Origin: a virus
Virus record (IMG/VR): IMGVR_UViG_3300037010_003037
Span: 1-64,000 of that record
Direction: 5' to 3' (one strand)
DNA length: 64,000 bases
Below, one piece after another: positions 16,480-26,117 of this stretch. The translations under genes and the position numbers were made by a program. How positions within the stretch are numbered: position 1 is the stretch's first letter; every line of letters begins with the position of its first letter. The notes beneath the pieces are model-generated. The model was not told the origin of the DNA and did not search any database. It was given only the letters and a program-made list of their open reading frames with translations.

Positions 16480-17268
16480 ATGCTTCCACAAATCCGAACT
16501 GCAGATATTCGTCAAGAATTCAAATCACTCCTATCTGCTGGTAAATTTACGTCTGTTAATCGTGAAGCAACAATGACGAGTTTAACAGGCGACACGACAA
16601 TAGAAATTGTTAGTGCCTCCTTCATCGCTGATGAAGAATCAATCTTTGGTGAAGTTAACTGGGATTACGTTAAGCGAGAAGAAGAGTGGTATAACTCTAT
16701 GTCCCTTAACATAAATGACATTCCCGGTGGCCCTCCACAAATTTGGAGAGCCGTTGCTGACAAAGATGGATACATTAACTCAAATTATGGTTGGTGTATC
16801 TATTCACCAGAAAATGGTTTTAATAAGTCTGTACGTGAAGTAACGAGTCAATATGTAAGAGTCCGCGCAGAACTCAAAACAAATCCAGAATCTCGTAGAG
16901 CTATCATGATCTATACTCGTCCATCCATGTGGGTAGATTACCATAAAAATGGGCGTTCAGATTTTATGTGTACTAATTCCGTGCAATACCTTATTCGTGA
17001 TGGCCAACTGCATGCAATAGTGCAGATGCGCAGCAATGACTCTATCTTTGGTTATCGTAATGATAGAGCATGGCAACAGCATGTTCTTGAAAAGCTTGCT
17101 GCTGAGTTAAACATCCCTGCTGGTAATTTGTATTGGAATGTTGGTTCACTTCACATATACGCGCGCCATTACTATCTGGTAGATCACTTTGCAAAAACAG
17201 GAGAATTAAACATTTCAAAAGCTGACTATAAAAAGCTTTATCCAGACTCTCCATACTTGCTAGTGTAA
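16480..17268 (+). CDS. 42: dCMP hydroxymethylase (T4 gp42 homologue)
   Basis: Nearly colinear with T4 gp42 as I recall it: TIEIVSASFIADE, INSNYGW, SRRAIMIYTRPSM, SDFMCTNSVQYLIRD, MRSND..FGYRND (Asp for cytosine specificity), WNVGSLHIY. Confidence 0.93.
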   Translation: MLPQIRTADIRQEFKSLLSAGKFTSVNREATMTSLTGDTTIEIVSASFIADEESIFGEVNWDYVKREEEWYNSMSLNINDIPGGPPQIWRAVADKDGYINSNYGWCIYSPENGFNKSVREVTSQYVRVRAELKTNPESRRAIMIYTRPSMWVDYHKNGRSDFMCTNSVQYLIRDGQLHAIVQMRSNDSIFGYRNDRAWQQHVLEKLAAELNIPAGNLYWNVGSLHIYARHYYLVDHFAKTGELNISKADYKKLYPDSPYLLV

Positions 17269-17420
17269 ATCATTATCTGTTTTTATGTAATAGATAAAAA
17301 GAATATTACGGGATACAGTTTTTATCTCTTCTTCAATTTGATATAATAAACACAACTCTAAAGTAAAACACTTCGTTTTACCATAGTAATTAAGGCATAA
17401 CAACTAATTAAGGAGAAATT

Positions 17421-17789
17421 ATGCTACCAGAACAATTTAGAGCATGTTTTCAACCTCAGTTTTTATCAACACCACCATGTAATGGTGATTACTTAAATGG
17501 TAAATCTCTAAGTGAGGCGAAAAACGAGTTCATGAAAAGATATCGTCCATTAATTGGAGATTCATCAAAAATTGATGTAGATACCGTTATTCAACAAAAA
17601 ATACAAGAATGGAAAGAACATAAAGGGCAAAGATTGTTGTTCATGTTTGTTGAGCAAAGTTATCAAGACACGAATAATATTAACCTAAATATGCAAAAGG
17701 TTTGGGAAGGAGACCTAGATGAGCTTGCTAGTAAGTACAGTTTTGTTAGACTAGTGGGCAGTGGAATTCCATGTTTCAAGGAAAATTGA
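17421..17789 (+). CDS. Hypothetical protein
   Basis: AGGAG RBS; upstream TATAAT. Confidence 0.7.
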   Translation: MLPEQFRACFQPQFLSTPPCNGDYLNGKSLSEAKNEFMKRYRPLIGDSSKIDVDTVIQQKIQEWKEHKGQRLLFMFVEQSYQDTNNINLNMQKVWEGDLDELASKYSFVRLVGSGIPCFKEN

Positions 17790-18013
17790 TGGAACGCATT
17801 TATCTCTCTCGCAGAAACCTTCAAACTCTTTTAAACAAGTTAAATCGACGCAGTGCAGGCGGCGAAACTCAATGTGTCATCATAAAGAATGATAAACAAC
17901 ACCCAAAGTACCCACAGACAGTGGACTCTATCATGGTAATTGCGATCGAAGATGATGAGTATTATTTTGAACGTTCACCAGGTGCGGTAGTTCCTGAAGA
18001 TGAGCCTCACTGA
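17789..18013 (+). CDS. Hypothetical protein
   Basis: ATG overlaps the previous stop codon; AAGGA RBS. Confidence 0.6.
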   Translation: MERIYLSRRNLQTLLNKLNRRSAGGETQCVIIKNDKQHPKYPQTVDSIMVIAIEDDEYYFERSPGAVVPEDEPH

Positions 18014-18183
18014 TCCATTTCAAAGTCAACAAAATTCCAATTACCCGCTTTTTTACCTGATACGTAATGCTAATGGTGAATTAAGTGGATATTGACTTGA
18101 TAGAGCACAGGTTAAAAGTTTTTTAAAAACACATAGTGTGATAGAATATCATAATACATCAGGGTTACCTATATTCAAGAAGA

Positions 18184-19923
18184 ATGAAATACAAACAACA
18201 AATTGATGCAGCATTTGAACGACTAGGCTTTAATCCAAGAGATGGGCAGAGAGAAGCAGTCAATCAGATACTAGAAGCTTTCATCGATGAAAAAGCAGAG
18301 AACGTAATTCTTAACGCACCTACTGGAACTGGCAAATCCATTATTGGCGCTGTTACAGCTGAAGCACTTACGTCAATTAAAGGTGGTTCCACTGAAGCAA
18401 TCAAGTCAGGCATTTCTCTTACCGCTACCAATGTGCTAGCAAAACAGTACGATAGTACCTTCAAAAGGATTGGTGAGCAGGGCAAGTACATCATGATCAA
18501 GGGGGCGAATAATTATGATTGTTCTGCTCTATCTCAGCCAGATAAATCTGAAAATGCTGAATCATGTGCTTGGTACACGATGGTGCAAAGTGGCAGTGAG
18601 TTTGACGATGTCATTCGCCAGCACTGTAATCATTGTGAGTATCTTGACATTAAGAAAAAGAAAAATTTTGTTCGACATGTTACCACTAACTACTCTTATT
18701 TTTTTATCGATAGGATGTATACTGGTAAATTTGAAGACCGTGACCTAATCGTGTGGGATGAAGCGCACCTTTTAAATGATCTTTTTAGCGAACACAATGC
18801 CATTTATTTCTCTCAGAAGAGAGTACAGCAAATGGCACAAGAAATTGCAGAAACAGTTCGCATTACTAATTTAGAAATTTCTAAGCTTCTTGTTTCAATA
18901 GCGGCAGATTGCGCGAAAAAAGACAAAATAAATGAGAAGAATTATGAGGCATATTTAAATGCCATGATGAAGATTTATCTTTATGCTAAAGAACAAGGAG
19001 CGGTTTTAGCTGAAAAAGCTCTTCGTGCCGGTCAATTACAGACATACAACAAACTTGCGCGCTTTACGAAGAAGTATGAAGGATTGGCATGTAAGATTGA
19101 TGATTTCTTTAAGTATGCTTATGATCACGTTTTTGAGTACAAGGAAGATGAAGCAGCGGTGAGCGTGAAGCCAGTGTTCGTTGGTACTATGATGAAAGCG
19201 TTGCAAGCTGCTGATCACAATCTTTTTATGTCAGCTACCTTAAGTGACACGTTTCTAACCACAACGTTGATGCTTGACAAGTCAAAAACAAAATTCATTA
19301 AGCTTGCTCCAACTTTTCCCAAAGAAAACAAGGAAGTTGTCTTTTTTGATCCTCTTTCACTTAGTTACACATCATTGCAGAACCCTAGTGTAGTTAAAAC
19401 GCTTCGCAATAATGTCTCAAAGATTGTTAGTAAGCACGTACAAGAGAGTGAGCGGGGTATTATTCTAGCACCAAGCTTCAAGCTTCAAAATGAAATTGTT
19501 GATGAACTAAAATCATCCAAGGATTTTTCAAAGTATAAACTGTTCGTTCAATATCAAGGGGAAAAGCTCGAGAATGTTCTGACTGCTTTTAAGGACTATA
19601 AAGGTGGGCCAGCAGTTCTTATTTCTCCTTCAATGTTTGAAGGTATTGATCTACCTGGAAATTTATCTCGCTTTCAAATCTTAGTAAAGGCTCCATTCCC
19701 ATCGCTAGGTGATAAGCGAATGAAGTTTATTTTGGATAAGTATCCTGAGCTGTACAACGTCATAACAATCATGAAAATGGTCCAAGGCGCAGGTCGATCA
19801 GTTAGATCAGCCGATGATTATGCGGTGACGTACATTCTTGATCAAAATGCGCAACGTTTGTTTACCTCTTCTCAAAATATCTGGAAGGACGAATTCAATC
19901 TGCGCTTCACGAAATTTCTTTAA
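18184..19923 (+). CDS. DinG/XPD/YoaA-family SF2 helicase
   Basis: Q-motif PRDGQ, APTGTGKS, Cys cluster, DEAH, MSATL, EGIDLPG, KAPFPSL, QGAGRSVRS. Confidence 0.9.
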   Translation: MKYKQQIDAAFERLGFNPRDGQREAVNQILEAFIDEKAENVILNAPTGTGKSIIGAVTAEALTSIKGGSTEAIKSGISLTATNVLAKQYDSTFKRIGEQGKYIMIKGANNYDCSALSQPDKSENAESCAWYTMVQSGSEFDDVIRQHCNHCEYLDIKKKKNFVRHVTTNYSYFFIDRMYTGKFEDRDLIVWDEAHLLNDLFSEHNAIYFSQKRVQQMAQEIAETVRITNLEISKLLVSIAADCAKKDKINEKNYEAYLNAMMKIYLYAKEQGAVLAEKALRAGQLQTYNKLARFTKKYEGLACKIDDFFKYAYDHVFEYKEDEAAVSVKPVFVGTMMKALQAADHNLFMSATLSDTFLTTTLMLDKSKTKFIKLAPTFPKENKEVVFFDPLSLSYTSLQNPSVVKTLRNNVSKIVSKHVQESERGIILAPSFKLQNEIVDELKSSKDFSKYKLFVQYQGEKLENVLTAFKDYKGGPAVLISPSMFEGIDLPGNLSRFQILVKAPFPSLGDKRMKFILDKYPELYNVITIMKMVQGAGRSVRSADDYAVTYILDQNAQRLFTSSQNIWKDEFNLRFTKFL

Positions 19924-20015
19924 TTGAAAGTTTATTTTTGAAACAATTTATGATAATATTAAAAAATCATTGAACAATAAAAATAGATTAAAGCATAAAA
20001 AGGATACAAGAAATA

Positions 20016-20594
20016 ATGTCTAAAAATATATTCATTATAGAGGGGTTAGACAGATTAGGAAAATCCACTCTTATTCAGGGCATTCGAGATGAGCTTGGTT
20101 ATTATGAAGTAATTCACTTTAATAAACCACAACGCTTAGCCATCTATGATGGTAAAGCTACAACAGAAGGTGAAGTAAACAAGCTGCAAAGTTTTTATTA
20201 TTACCAATATACTAGCTTTGAAAACATGATGCTCTTAATGCGCAGTAATGCTAACATCATTTTTGACAGAGCCCATTTAGGTGAAGTTGTTTATTCACCA
20301 TTGTATCGTAACTATTCTGGTGACTATGTTTTTGAACTAGAAAAACAATATAGCATAGGTGATCTTGAAACTGTTAGGCTGATTCTTTTAGTAGAAGACT
20401 TTGACAAGGCAAAACATTTCGTTGATGATGGTAACAGTCTTGGACCTACTGAAAAGCGTTTTGAAGAACAAGAACGATTTATTTCTGCATTTCACAGATC
20501 ATTAATTAAAGACAAGAGAATTATCTGTGTAACTGACACAACTTTTGGTGGATTTAAAAATAAGAAAGACATTTTAAAGGAAGCACTTGTATGA
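20016..20594 (+). CDS. Thymidylate-kinase-like dNMP kinase
   Basis: IIEGLDRLGKST P-loop and IFDRAHLGE motif. Confidence 0.8.
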   Translation: MSKNIFIIEGLDRLGKSTLIQGIRDELGYYEVIHFNKPQRLAIYDGKATTEGEVNKLQSFYYYQYTSFENMMLLMRSNANIIFDRAHLGEVVYSPLYRNYSGDYVFELEKQYSIGDLETVRLILLVEDFDKAKHFVDDGNSLGPTEKRFEEQERFISAFHRSLIKDKRIICVTDTTFGGFKNKKDILKEALV

Positions 20595-21715
20595 AAGTAG
20601 CAGTAATTAAACTTGGTGCACGAATTTCATTTAACGCTAATGATACTTCTGGTGGTAATGGTGAGGCGCGTTCAATTATCAAAATGCTTCATAAGGGCGG
20701 GGCAGAAGTTAACATTTATACTAAAATTTTGAAAAAGGACAATCTTCTTCCAGAGTATAAATGGTTTGATCTTAGTGATCCTACTACTCTTAGTAATGGT
20801 GTTAATGCCGATGCGCTTATTGTTATAAATGGCAACGTAAACTTTTTTGGTGGGGCAGAAGATCGTGAACAGTTGTTAAACTACGTAATCATCAATGAAT
20901 TCAAGGGACCGGTATTCTACATTTTATGTGATCCAGAACTAACACTAACACAAGTTTGGCCATCTGTCTCAAAGAAAGAATGGGCATCTAACTGGTCGCA
21001 AGAACAATTGCATATTAGCCGATCTGACATCATTTATTTTTCCCAACCATATGATGTTGACAAAGTTCTTGAAGATATTAAGAAAAGGAATAATGAAGTT
21101 ATTCCTAATAAGATTGTTCATTTTCCATTTGAACAATTTCCATGCTTGAATGAACGTTTACCATTTAATCCTAACCCTGAAGTTGATTTGTCATATGGTG
21201 GTACGATGCGAGGTGGAAGACGCATGAAAAAAATGGTAAAGTTTTATTTTAATCATCCAGAAGATATCTCAGTTGAGATGTTCGGTAAAATTGATTTAGA
21301 TGATTTTAAGCCTAATTTAGTTTTTGGTAAGCGTCCACCTACATTTACAGGTCCTGTTCGGTATGATGAGATGCTTTCAAAGATGAATAGTGCGATGTCT
21401 CATTGCGTCATCGGAGATCCTTGGTATGAGGAAATTAATGACATGGCACAGCGCGCGTATGAATCAATTTGGTCCTCTGTGGTTACCTTCATTGATTCTG
21501 ACTTGGACAAATTGCGTAGGGTTTATAGTAGAGATAGAACACTATCAGATTTTTTGTATGTTTCAGATCGTGCAGAATTGTCCGAAAAAATACTGCTTTT
21601 GAAGCATGATACGGAACTTCGAAAGCTTATCATTCAAGATCAATTTAATGCAATTAACTTTGATGCAGAAAAGTATTGTACTAGCTTCGTTAATCAGATC
21701 GAGCAGATGAGTTAA
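20591..21715 (+). CDS. bgt: DNA beta-glucosyltransferase homologue (T4 BGT family, GT-B fold)
   Basis: LIVINGNVNFFGG, QVWPSV..KEW, DLSYGGTMRGGRR.KKMVKF, VEMFGK, PTFTGPV and VIGD..Y parallel T4 BGT as recalled. Confidence 0.88.
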   Translation: MKVAVIKLGARISFNANDTSGGNGEARSIIKMLHKGGAEVNIYTKILKKDNLLPEYKWFDLSDPTTLSNGVNADALIVINGNVNFFGGAEDREQLLNYVIINEFKGPVFYILCDPELTLTQVWPSVSKKEWASNWSQEQLHISRSDIIYFSQPYDVDKVLEDIKKRNNEVIPNKIVHFPFEQFPCLNERLPFNPNPEVDLSYGGTMRGGRRMKKMVKFYFNHPEDISVEMFGKIDLDDFKPNLVFGKRPPTFTGPVRYDEMLSKMNSAMSHCVIGDPWYEEINDMAQRAYESIWSSVVTFIDSDLDKLRRVYSRDRTLSDFLYVSDRAELSEKILLLKHDTELRKLIIQDQFNAINFDAEKYCTSFVNQIEQMS

Positions 21716-21762
21716 TCCCGTAAATATCACGGGCCCGTGATCGTGGTAATAAGGAGAAATGA

Positions 21763-23676
21763 ATGAATATTGTTATCTTAGCTGGTGGAACCGGCTCAAT
21801 TGCTCTTCAGACTGGATTGTACAACCTACTTGACGCTCATCTTGATGGTATTGATACCAAAATTTTGGTTAATGGATATGATAATGGTTTGAGTACTGGA
21901 GCAGTAAGGCAAGTAATGAATGGCCGCATTCTTGGCCCCTCTGACATTAGAAAGAACCAAACTACTCGTTTGGCGCTTGAGCATCCTGATTCACCATGGA
22001 TAAAGTTCCTTAATATTCGCTTTACGATTCCTTCATCAGATGTAAAAAACTTTTGCCTTATGAGAATTGCAGAGCTTGAAAATGCTTTGCAAAACAAGAA
22101 ACACGACACATTTCGGGCAGCTCAAAATGACAGCTTTGAACACGCGGATGATTCAGCTTTCAAAGCTAATATCTTGAGAGAAGCCATTGAAGAGTATTTT
22201 CGTTCACCAATTGCAACAAAGATTGATTACAATGACTTCTCATTAGCAAATATCATTTATGCCGGGTTAGCCAAGGTAAATGGGTATTCATTGCGTTCAG
22301 CAGCTAGAATCATGGCATCATTGATGGGCATTAAGGACAATGTCATTCTCAATGATGATACCTCATTGTTCCTAGGAGCCATCACGAAGAGTGGCAAGCG
22401 AATTACTGATGAAGGTGATATTGTTTCATGGGGCAATCATGATGATCCTTTTGTAGACATCTTCTTCACAGATGCTGAAGGTAATAATGCTGTTCCAGTT
22501 CTTTGTAATGAAGCTCGTGAAGCCCTATTAAATGCAGATCTTATCATTCTTTCGTCAGGTACCCAATGGTCTTCACTTATCCCAACATATGCTTCTGTTG
22601 GCTTTAAGGAAGTTATGTATGATGGTGTTAAGGGTGATGTTTTAATGGTCATGAATCGCAGACCAGATAAAGACTCTCCTGGGCAGGGGGCTTCCGAAAT
22701 TATTGATATTTTAGTACCTCGATATTTTAAGGAAGGTCAGCTCAATGTGATTCTTGATGAATCTGCCGATGATATTATGAAAATCATTGATGAAAAAGCA
22801 AAAGCAAAGATCACAAGCGCTGAATGGTTTAAGATGTCTGCTCCAGGTGAACAGCGAGATACTAAAACTCATGATTCACGGCGGCTAGCTATGGCAGTCG
22901 GTTATACGTATTTCAAGGACTTTGTCAACAGCGATTATTTTGTATTCGACTATGATGATACGCTTGTTGGTCGTGGTAACATCTACCCTCTCTCATCTAA
23001 GAGCAATGTCCAAGCAATCTGTGAGCTAAACACGACAAAGAAAATCGCAATCTGCACCGGTAACTCCATCAAAGCTATAAAAATTCATAATTCAAACTAT
23101 TATGGTTTAAGCACGTACAAAACATCTTTCACTCCTTTGGCTGTTTATGCTGATGGTGGAGTGAATAAGTATCTTTATGATACGCGTTTTCCAGATGGTA
23201 GTGATGATGGGATTTCCCACAAATTTATCGAATGTATCGACAAAAGTGTTTTGCTGGAAAAGGATGGTGCTTATGGAATTAATAGCATTATCAGCTCTCT
23301 GAAAGAACATCACATTCCTCTCTCAAAGATTGAGAATCGAGGTGATGTTATGATCACAATTAAACCAATTGATGAAGAATATCGACCAATGATAATTGAG
23401 CTAATCAAGTTACTCATTCAAGATACTGGTTTAGTTGTAAAGGCTTCTGGTCGAACAACAATTGAGATTCACCATCCTTCACTTTCAAAAGCGGCAGCTA
23501 TTCAGTACATAAAAAACACCGAGAAGCCATCAACTATCACTTATGTCGGTGATGAATTTTATGGTGGTAATGATGAATGTGTGAAATCTATTCCTGGTAT
23601 TCGTTGCTTGCACGTTACAAATCCGGCTAAAACAGCGTTCTTTATTCTTACTCTTACTGGTTATCGTCCTATCTAA
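21763..23676 (+). CDS. CofD/YvcK(GlmR)-like domain fused to a HAD IIB (phosphomannomutase-like) domain
   Basis: N-terminal: VILAGGTG, GYDNGLSTG, GPSDIRK, SLANIIY, ADLIILSSGTQWSSLIP. C-terminal: FDYDDTL, ICTGN, SGRTTIEI..SLSK, YVGDEFYGGND. Confidence 0.8.
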   Translation: MNIVILAGGTGSIALQTGLYNLLDAHLDGIDTKILVNGYDNGLSTGAVRQVMNGRILGPSDIRKNQTTRLALEHPDSPWIKFLNIRFTIPSSDVKNFCLMRIAELENALQNKKHDTFRAAQNDSFEHADDSAFKANILREAIEEYFRSPIATKIDYNDFSLANIIYAGLAKVNGYSLRSAARIMASLMGIKDNVILNDDTSLFLGAITKSGKRITDEGDIVSWGNHDDPFVDIFFTDAEGNNAVPVLCNEAREALLNADLIILSSGTQWSSLIPTYASVGFKEVMYDGVKGDVLMVMNRRPDKDSPGQGASEIIDILVPRYFKEGQLNVILDESADDIMKIIDEKAKAKITSAEWFKMSAPGEQRDTKTHDSRRLAMAVGYTYFKDFVNSDYFVFDYDDTLVGRGNIYPLSSKSNVQAICELNTTKKIAICTGNSIKAIKIHNSNYYGLSTYKTSFTPLAVYADGGVNKYLYDTRFPDGSDDGISHKFIECIDKSVLLEKDGAYGINSIISSLKEHHIPLSKIENRGDVMITIKPIDEEYRPMIIELIKLLIQDTGLVVKASGRTTIEIHHPSLSKAAAIQYIKNTEKPSTITYVGDEFYGGNDECVKSIPGIRCLHVTNPAKTAFFILTLTGYRPI

Positions 23677-24467
23677 TGAAAGCAGATTTATTCATTATTG
23701 CGGCAGGTGTCGGCTCACGCATGAACTCTAACATACCAAAGGCGCTAGTACCTATAGTTGATGAGCCATGCTTGACAACAACCCTTCAACAGATCGCGTA
23801 CAAGTTTAAAACTGTGCACGTGGTAACAAACATTCTCGTTCAAAACCAATGGACAGCATACTTTAAGAACCTAGCTGAGAAATATCCTGAGCTGACAAAA
23901 AATCTCATTAATGTTCCAATCAACTCAGGGCTTGGTGATGGTCATGCAACGATGATAGGCCTTCGATACGCTAGTGAGAATGGAACACTTGCTTCAGATG
24001 AGGTCACTGTCGCGTGGGGAGATGTGTTTTTCCCCAACGCTGAGATAATTGATGAACTTTTTTCTAATGAGCTTCAAGGATCTGGTCTTTTGCCTGCTGT
24101 TAAGGAGAACAATCCATATGTTTCTCTTTTGGTTGATGAAAAAATGCGATGCATTTCAGCTGATTTTTCAAAGTATGGCGAGAAACACCCGACTGGTTTT
24201 CATGATCAATCGGTTTTTAGGTTTAACAGCAGTCATCTTTATGACTCTCTTACGACAATACACGCTGCGTTTTGGAAGGGCGGTCGGTACATTACACCAG
24301 GTGGGGAGCTTTCACTTCTCTACACTTTCCATCATATGTACAACATCAACCGCGCTGCATATGTGTACGAAACAGATTATCCAACCTTAAGCTTCAACAC
24401 ATCAGAAGAAGTTGCAACAATTCAGCAGGAGATTTCTAAAAAATGGAAAGCACGCCACCAATCCTAA
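23676..24467 (+). CDS. NTP-transferase (GlmU/MobA/CofC-like nucleotidyltransferase)
   Basis: LFIIAAGVGSRM..NIPKALVPI, GLGDGHA, VAWGDV and C-terminal SFNT..E. Confidence 0.85.
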   Translation: MKADLFIIAAGVGSRMNSNIPKALVPIVDEPCLTTTLQQIAYKFKTVHVVTNILVQNQWTAYFKNLAEKYPELTKNLINVPINSGLGDGHATMIGLRYASENGTLASDEVTVAWGDVFFPNAEIIDELFSNELQGSGLLPAVKENNPYVSLLVDEKMRCISADFSKYGEKHPTGFHDQSVFRFNSSHLYDSLTTIHAAFWKGGRYITPGGELSLLYTFHHMYNINRAAYVYETDYPTLSFNTSEEVATIQQEISKKWKARHQS

Positions 24468-25129
24468 TCACATTAACATCTCCAACAGCTGCTGGAAAAT
24501 CATACCTGTTCAACTATATTCGTGATGTAGCGAAACTTCCCTGTTTGATCTCAACTACAACTCGTTTACCACGTGAAGGTGAGATTGATGGAGTTGATTA
24601 TTATTTCATTGATTTAGAAGAATCCAAGAGACTTGAAGAAGCAAATGAATTTGCTGAACTAGCCATTTATCGTGGAGTTCGCTACGGCGTTACAAAGAAA
24701 GAATGGAATAACAAGCTTCAGCCAGGAAAGATTGCGTTCTTAATTGTAGAACCAAGTGGTCTTGATCATTATGTAAAACCGGCTCTTGATATTGGTGCTA
24801 TTTGGTTGAAGTATTTCATTAATACGGATCTTCAAGTACGCATGGAACGATTTATTGATCGTATGGTTAAGGATGTTCGTAGCGCTATTAGTGTTGATAT
24901 TCTAAATGGAAAAATGTATTCGCACGTGAAAGAGCCTTCAGAAAAAACAATGAAAACAATCTTGTCATATTTTGATCGTCAACGAGCGATGCTTACTGAA
25001 GAAACACGGTGGGAAGCTAAAACTAACTGGACACGAATCATTTCTGGTGAAAATTCACCAGAAGAAAACTTAATGATCATTCAGAAAGATATTAAGGAAG
25101 CAGTTGAGCGACACATGAATCATGTGTGA
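24443..25129 (+). CDS. Guanylate-kinase-like NMP kinase
   Basis: SPTAAGKS P-loop, ISTTTRLPREGEIDGVDYYF, YRGVRYG. Confidence 0.85.
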   Translation: MESTPPILITLTSPTAAGKSYLFNYIRDVAKLPCLISTTTRLPREGEIDGVDYYFIDLEESKRLEEANEFAELAIYRGVRYGVTKKEWNNKLQPGKIAFLIVEPSGLDHYVKPALDIGAIWLKYFINTDLQVRMERFIDRMVKDVRSAISVDILNGKMYSHVKEPSEKTMKTILSYFDRQRAMLTEETRWEAKTNWTRIISGENSPEENLMIIQKDIKEAVERHMNHV

Positions 25130-25179
25130 TTTATGTCCTTTTAAATACTTTACAACGATATAACATGAGGTGAATTTTA

Positions 25180-25683
25180 ATGTATAATAACGCAAATCAA
25201 TCCCAAATTGGTACTAAGAAAGAATCTACGAATACATGTGATATGATTGGTGATATCTATGATATGCACACTAAATTTGGTGTGCGTGAAATTGTTAAAA
25301 CTTTTGATAAAGAAAAGCTTCAAAGCTTCTTGAAATTTCGCCTAGATTTTCTAAAAGAAGAATTGCTTGAAGCTTATGAAGCTGCTGGCTACAAAGTAGA
25401 TGTTAATATTGAAAAAGTAGCAGAACCTCAGCTAGATCGTGCAGAAGATGTTGTTGATGCAATGATTGATCTGTGCGTTGTTGCAATTGGAACATTGGAC
25501 GCGTTTCAAGTTGACACAGCTGAAGCATGGAATCGTGTCCACACAAAGAACATGGAGAAGGAACCTGGTATTAAACCATCGCGTCCTAATCCATTAGGTC
25601 TTCCAGATTTATGCAAACCGATTGGATGGACCGCACCTACCCATGCTGATAACGTGGGGCTTCTCGCAAAGGCATTTGAATAA
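25180..25683 (+). CDS. MazG-like/PRA-PH all-alpha NTP pyrophosphohydrolase
   Basis: RLDFLKEELLE...VVDAMIDLCVVAIG...VHTKNMEK...KPIGWTAP. Confidence 0.82.
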   Translation: MYNNANQSQIGTKKESTNTCDMIGDIYDMHTKFGVREIVKTFDKEKLQSFLKFRLDFLKEELLEAYEAAGYKVDVNIEKVAEPQLDRAEDVVDAMIDLCVVAIGTLDAFQVDTAEAWNRVHTKNMEKEPGIKPSRPNPLGLPDLCKPIGWTAPTHADNVGLLAKAFE

Positions 25684-25722
25684 ATGCTTTATATTTGTTG
25701 AATAAGAAATAAGGAGTTAAAT

Positions 25723-26019
25723 ATGTCAAATTCTCGTGTTCTCGCCGCAGTTAAACGCACAAAACAGTTTCAATCACTGATTGATGCTGGTCTTCAACTA
25801 GTTTCTACAGAACGTCAGCTTCAAAATGGAACACTTGCTTTCACTGGAAAGATTAAAAAAGGTCGTAAAACATTTAAGCCATCATATAAAGTGACGGTTA
25901 ACGGGGCTGTTTTGAGTAATGAATTTGTAGCGCGACGAGTGACGGAAACAGGAATTTCAGGCTACCGTCAAGGTCTAGAAGCAATTCGAGAGATTTTTGA
26001 AAAAAGACTTACAGCGTAA
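25723..26019 (+). CDS. Small basic hypothetical protein
   Basis: AGGAG RBS; terminator follows. Confidence 0.7.
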   Translation: MSNSRVLAAVKRTKQFQSLIDAGLQLVSTERQLQNGTLAFTGKIKKGRKTFKPSYKVTVNGAVLSNEFVARRVTETGISGYRQGLEAIREIFEKRLTA

Positions 26020-26036
26020 AACCATTACTAACCTTA

Positions 26037-26062
26037 AAAAGGAGAGCTTAAGCTCTCCTTTT
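26037..26062 (+). terminator. Intrinsic terminator
   Basis: Palindrome aaaaggagagcttaagctctcctttt. Confidence 0.8.
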
Positions 26063-26117
26063 GTCATTTATAAGCCAATAAATAGAACATAAGCATGTCA
26101 GCTTTTAGGAAGAATTT

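Noticed and set aside
16480-17268. Second thymidylate synthase
   Set aside because: Matches gp42 and has Asp (RND) at the specificity position; a canonical ThyA with Asn (PFN) is at 42985..43911.
21763-24467. Coenzyme F420 biosynthesis (cofC/cofD)
   Set aside because: No Fo synthase or CofE in the window; the CofD-like domain is fused to a HAD domain and embedded in a DNA-modification operon.
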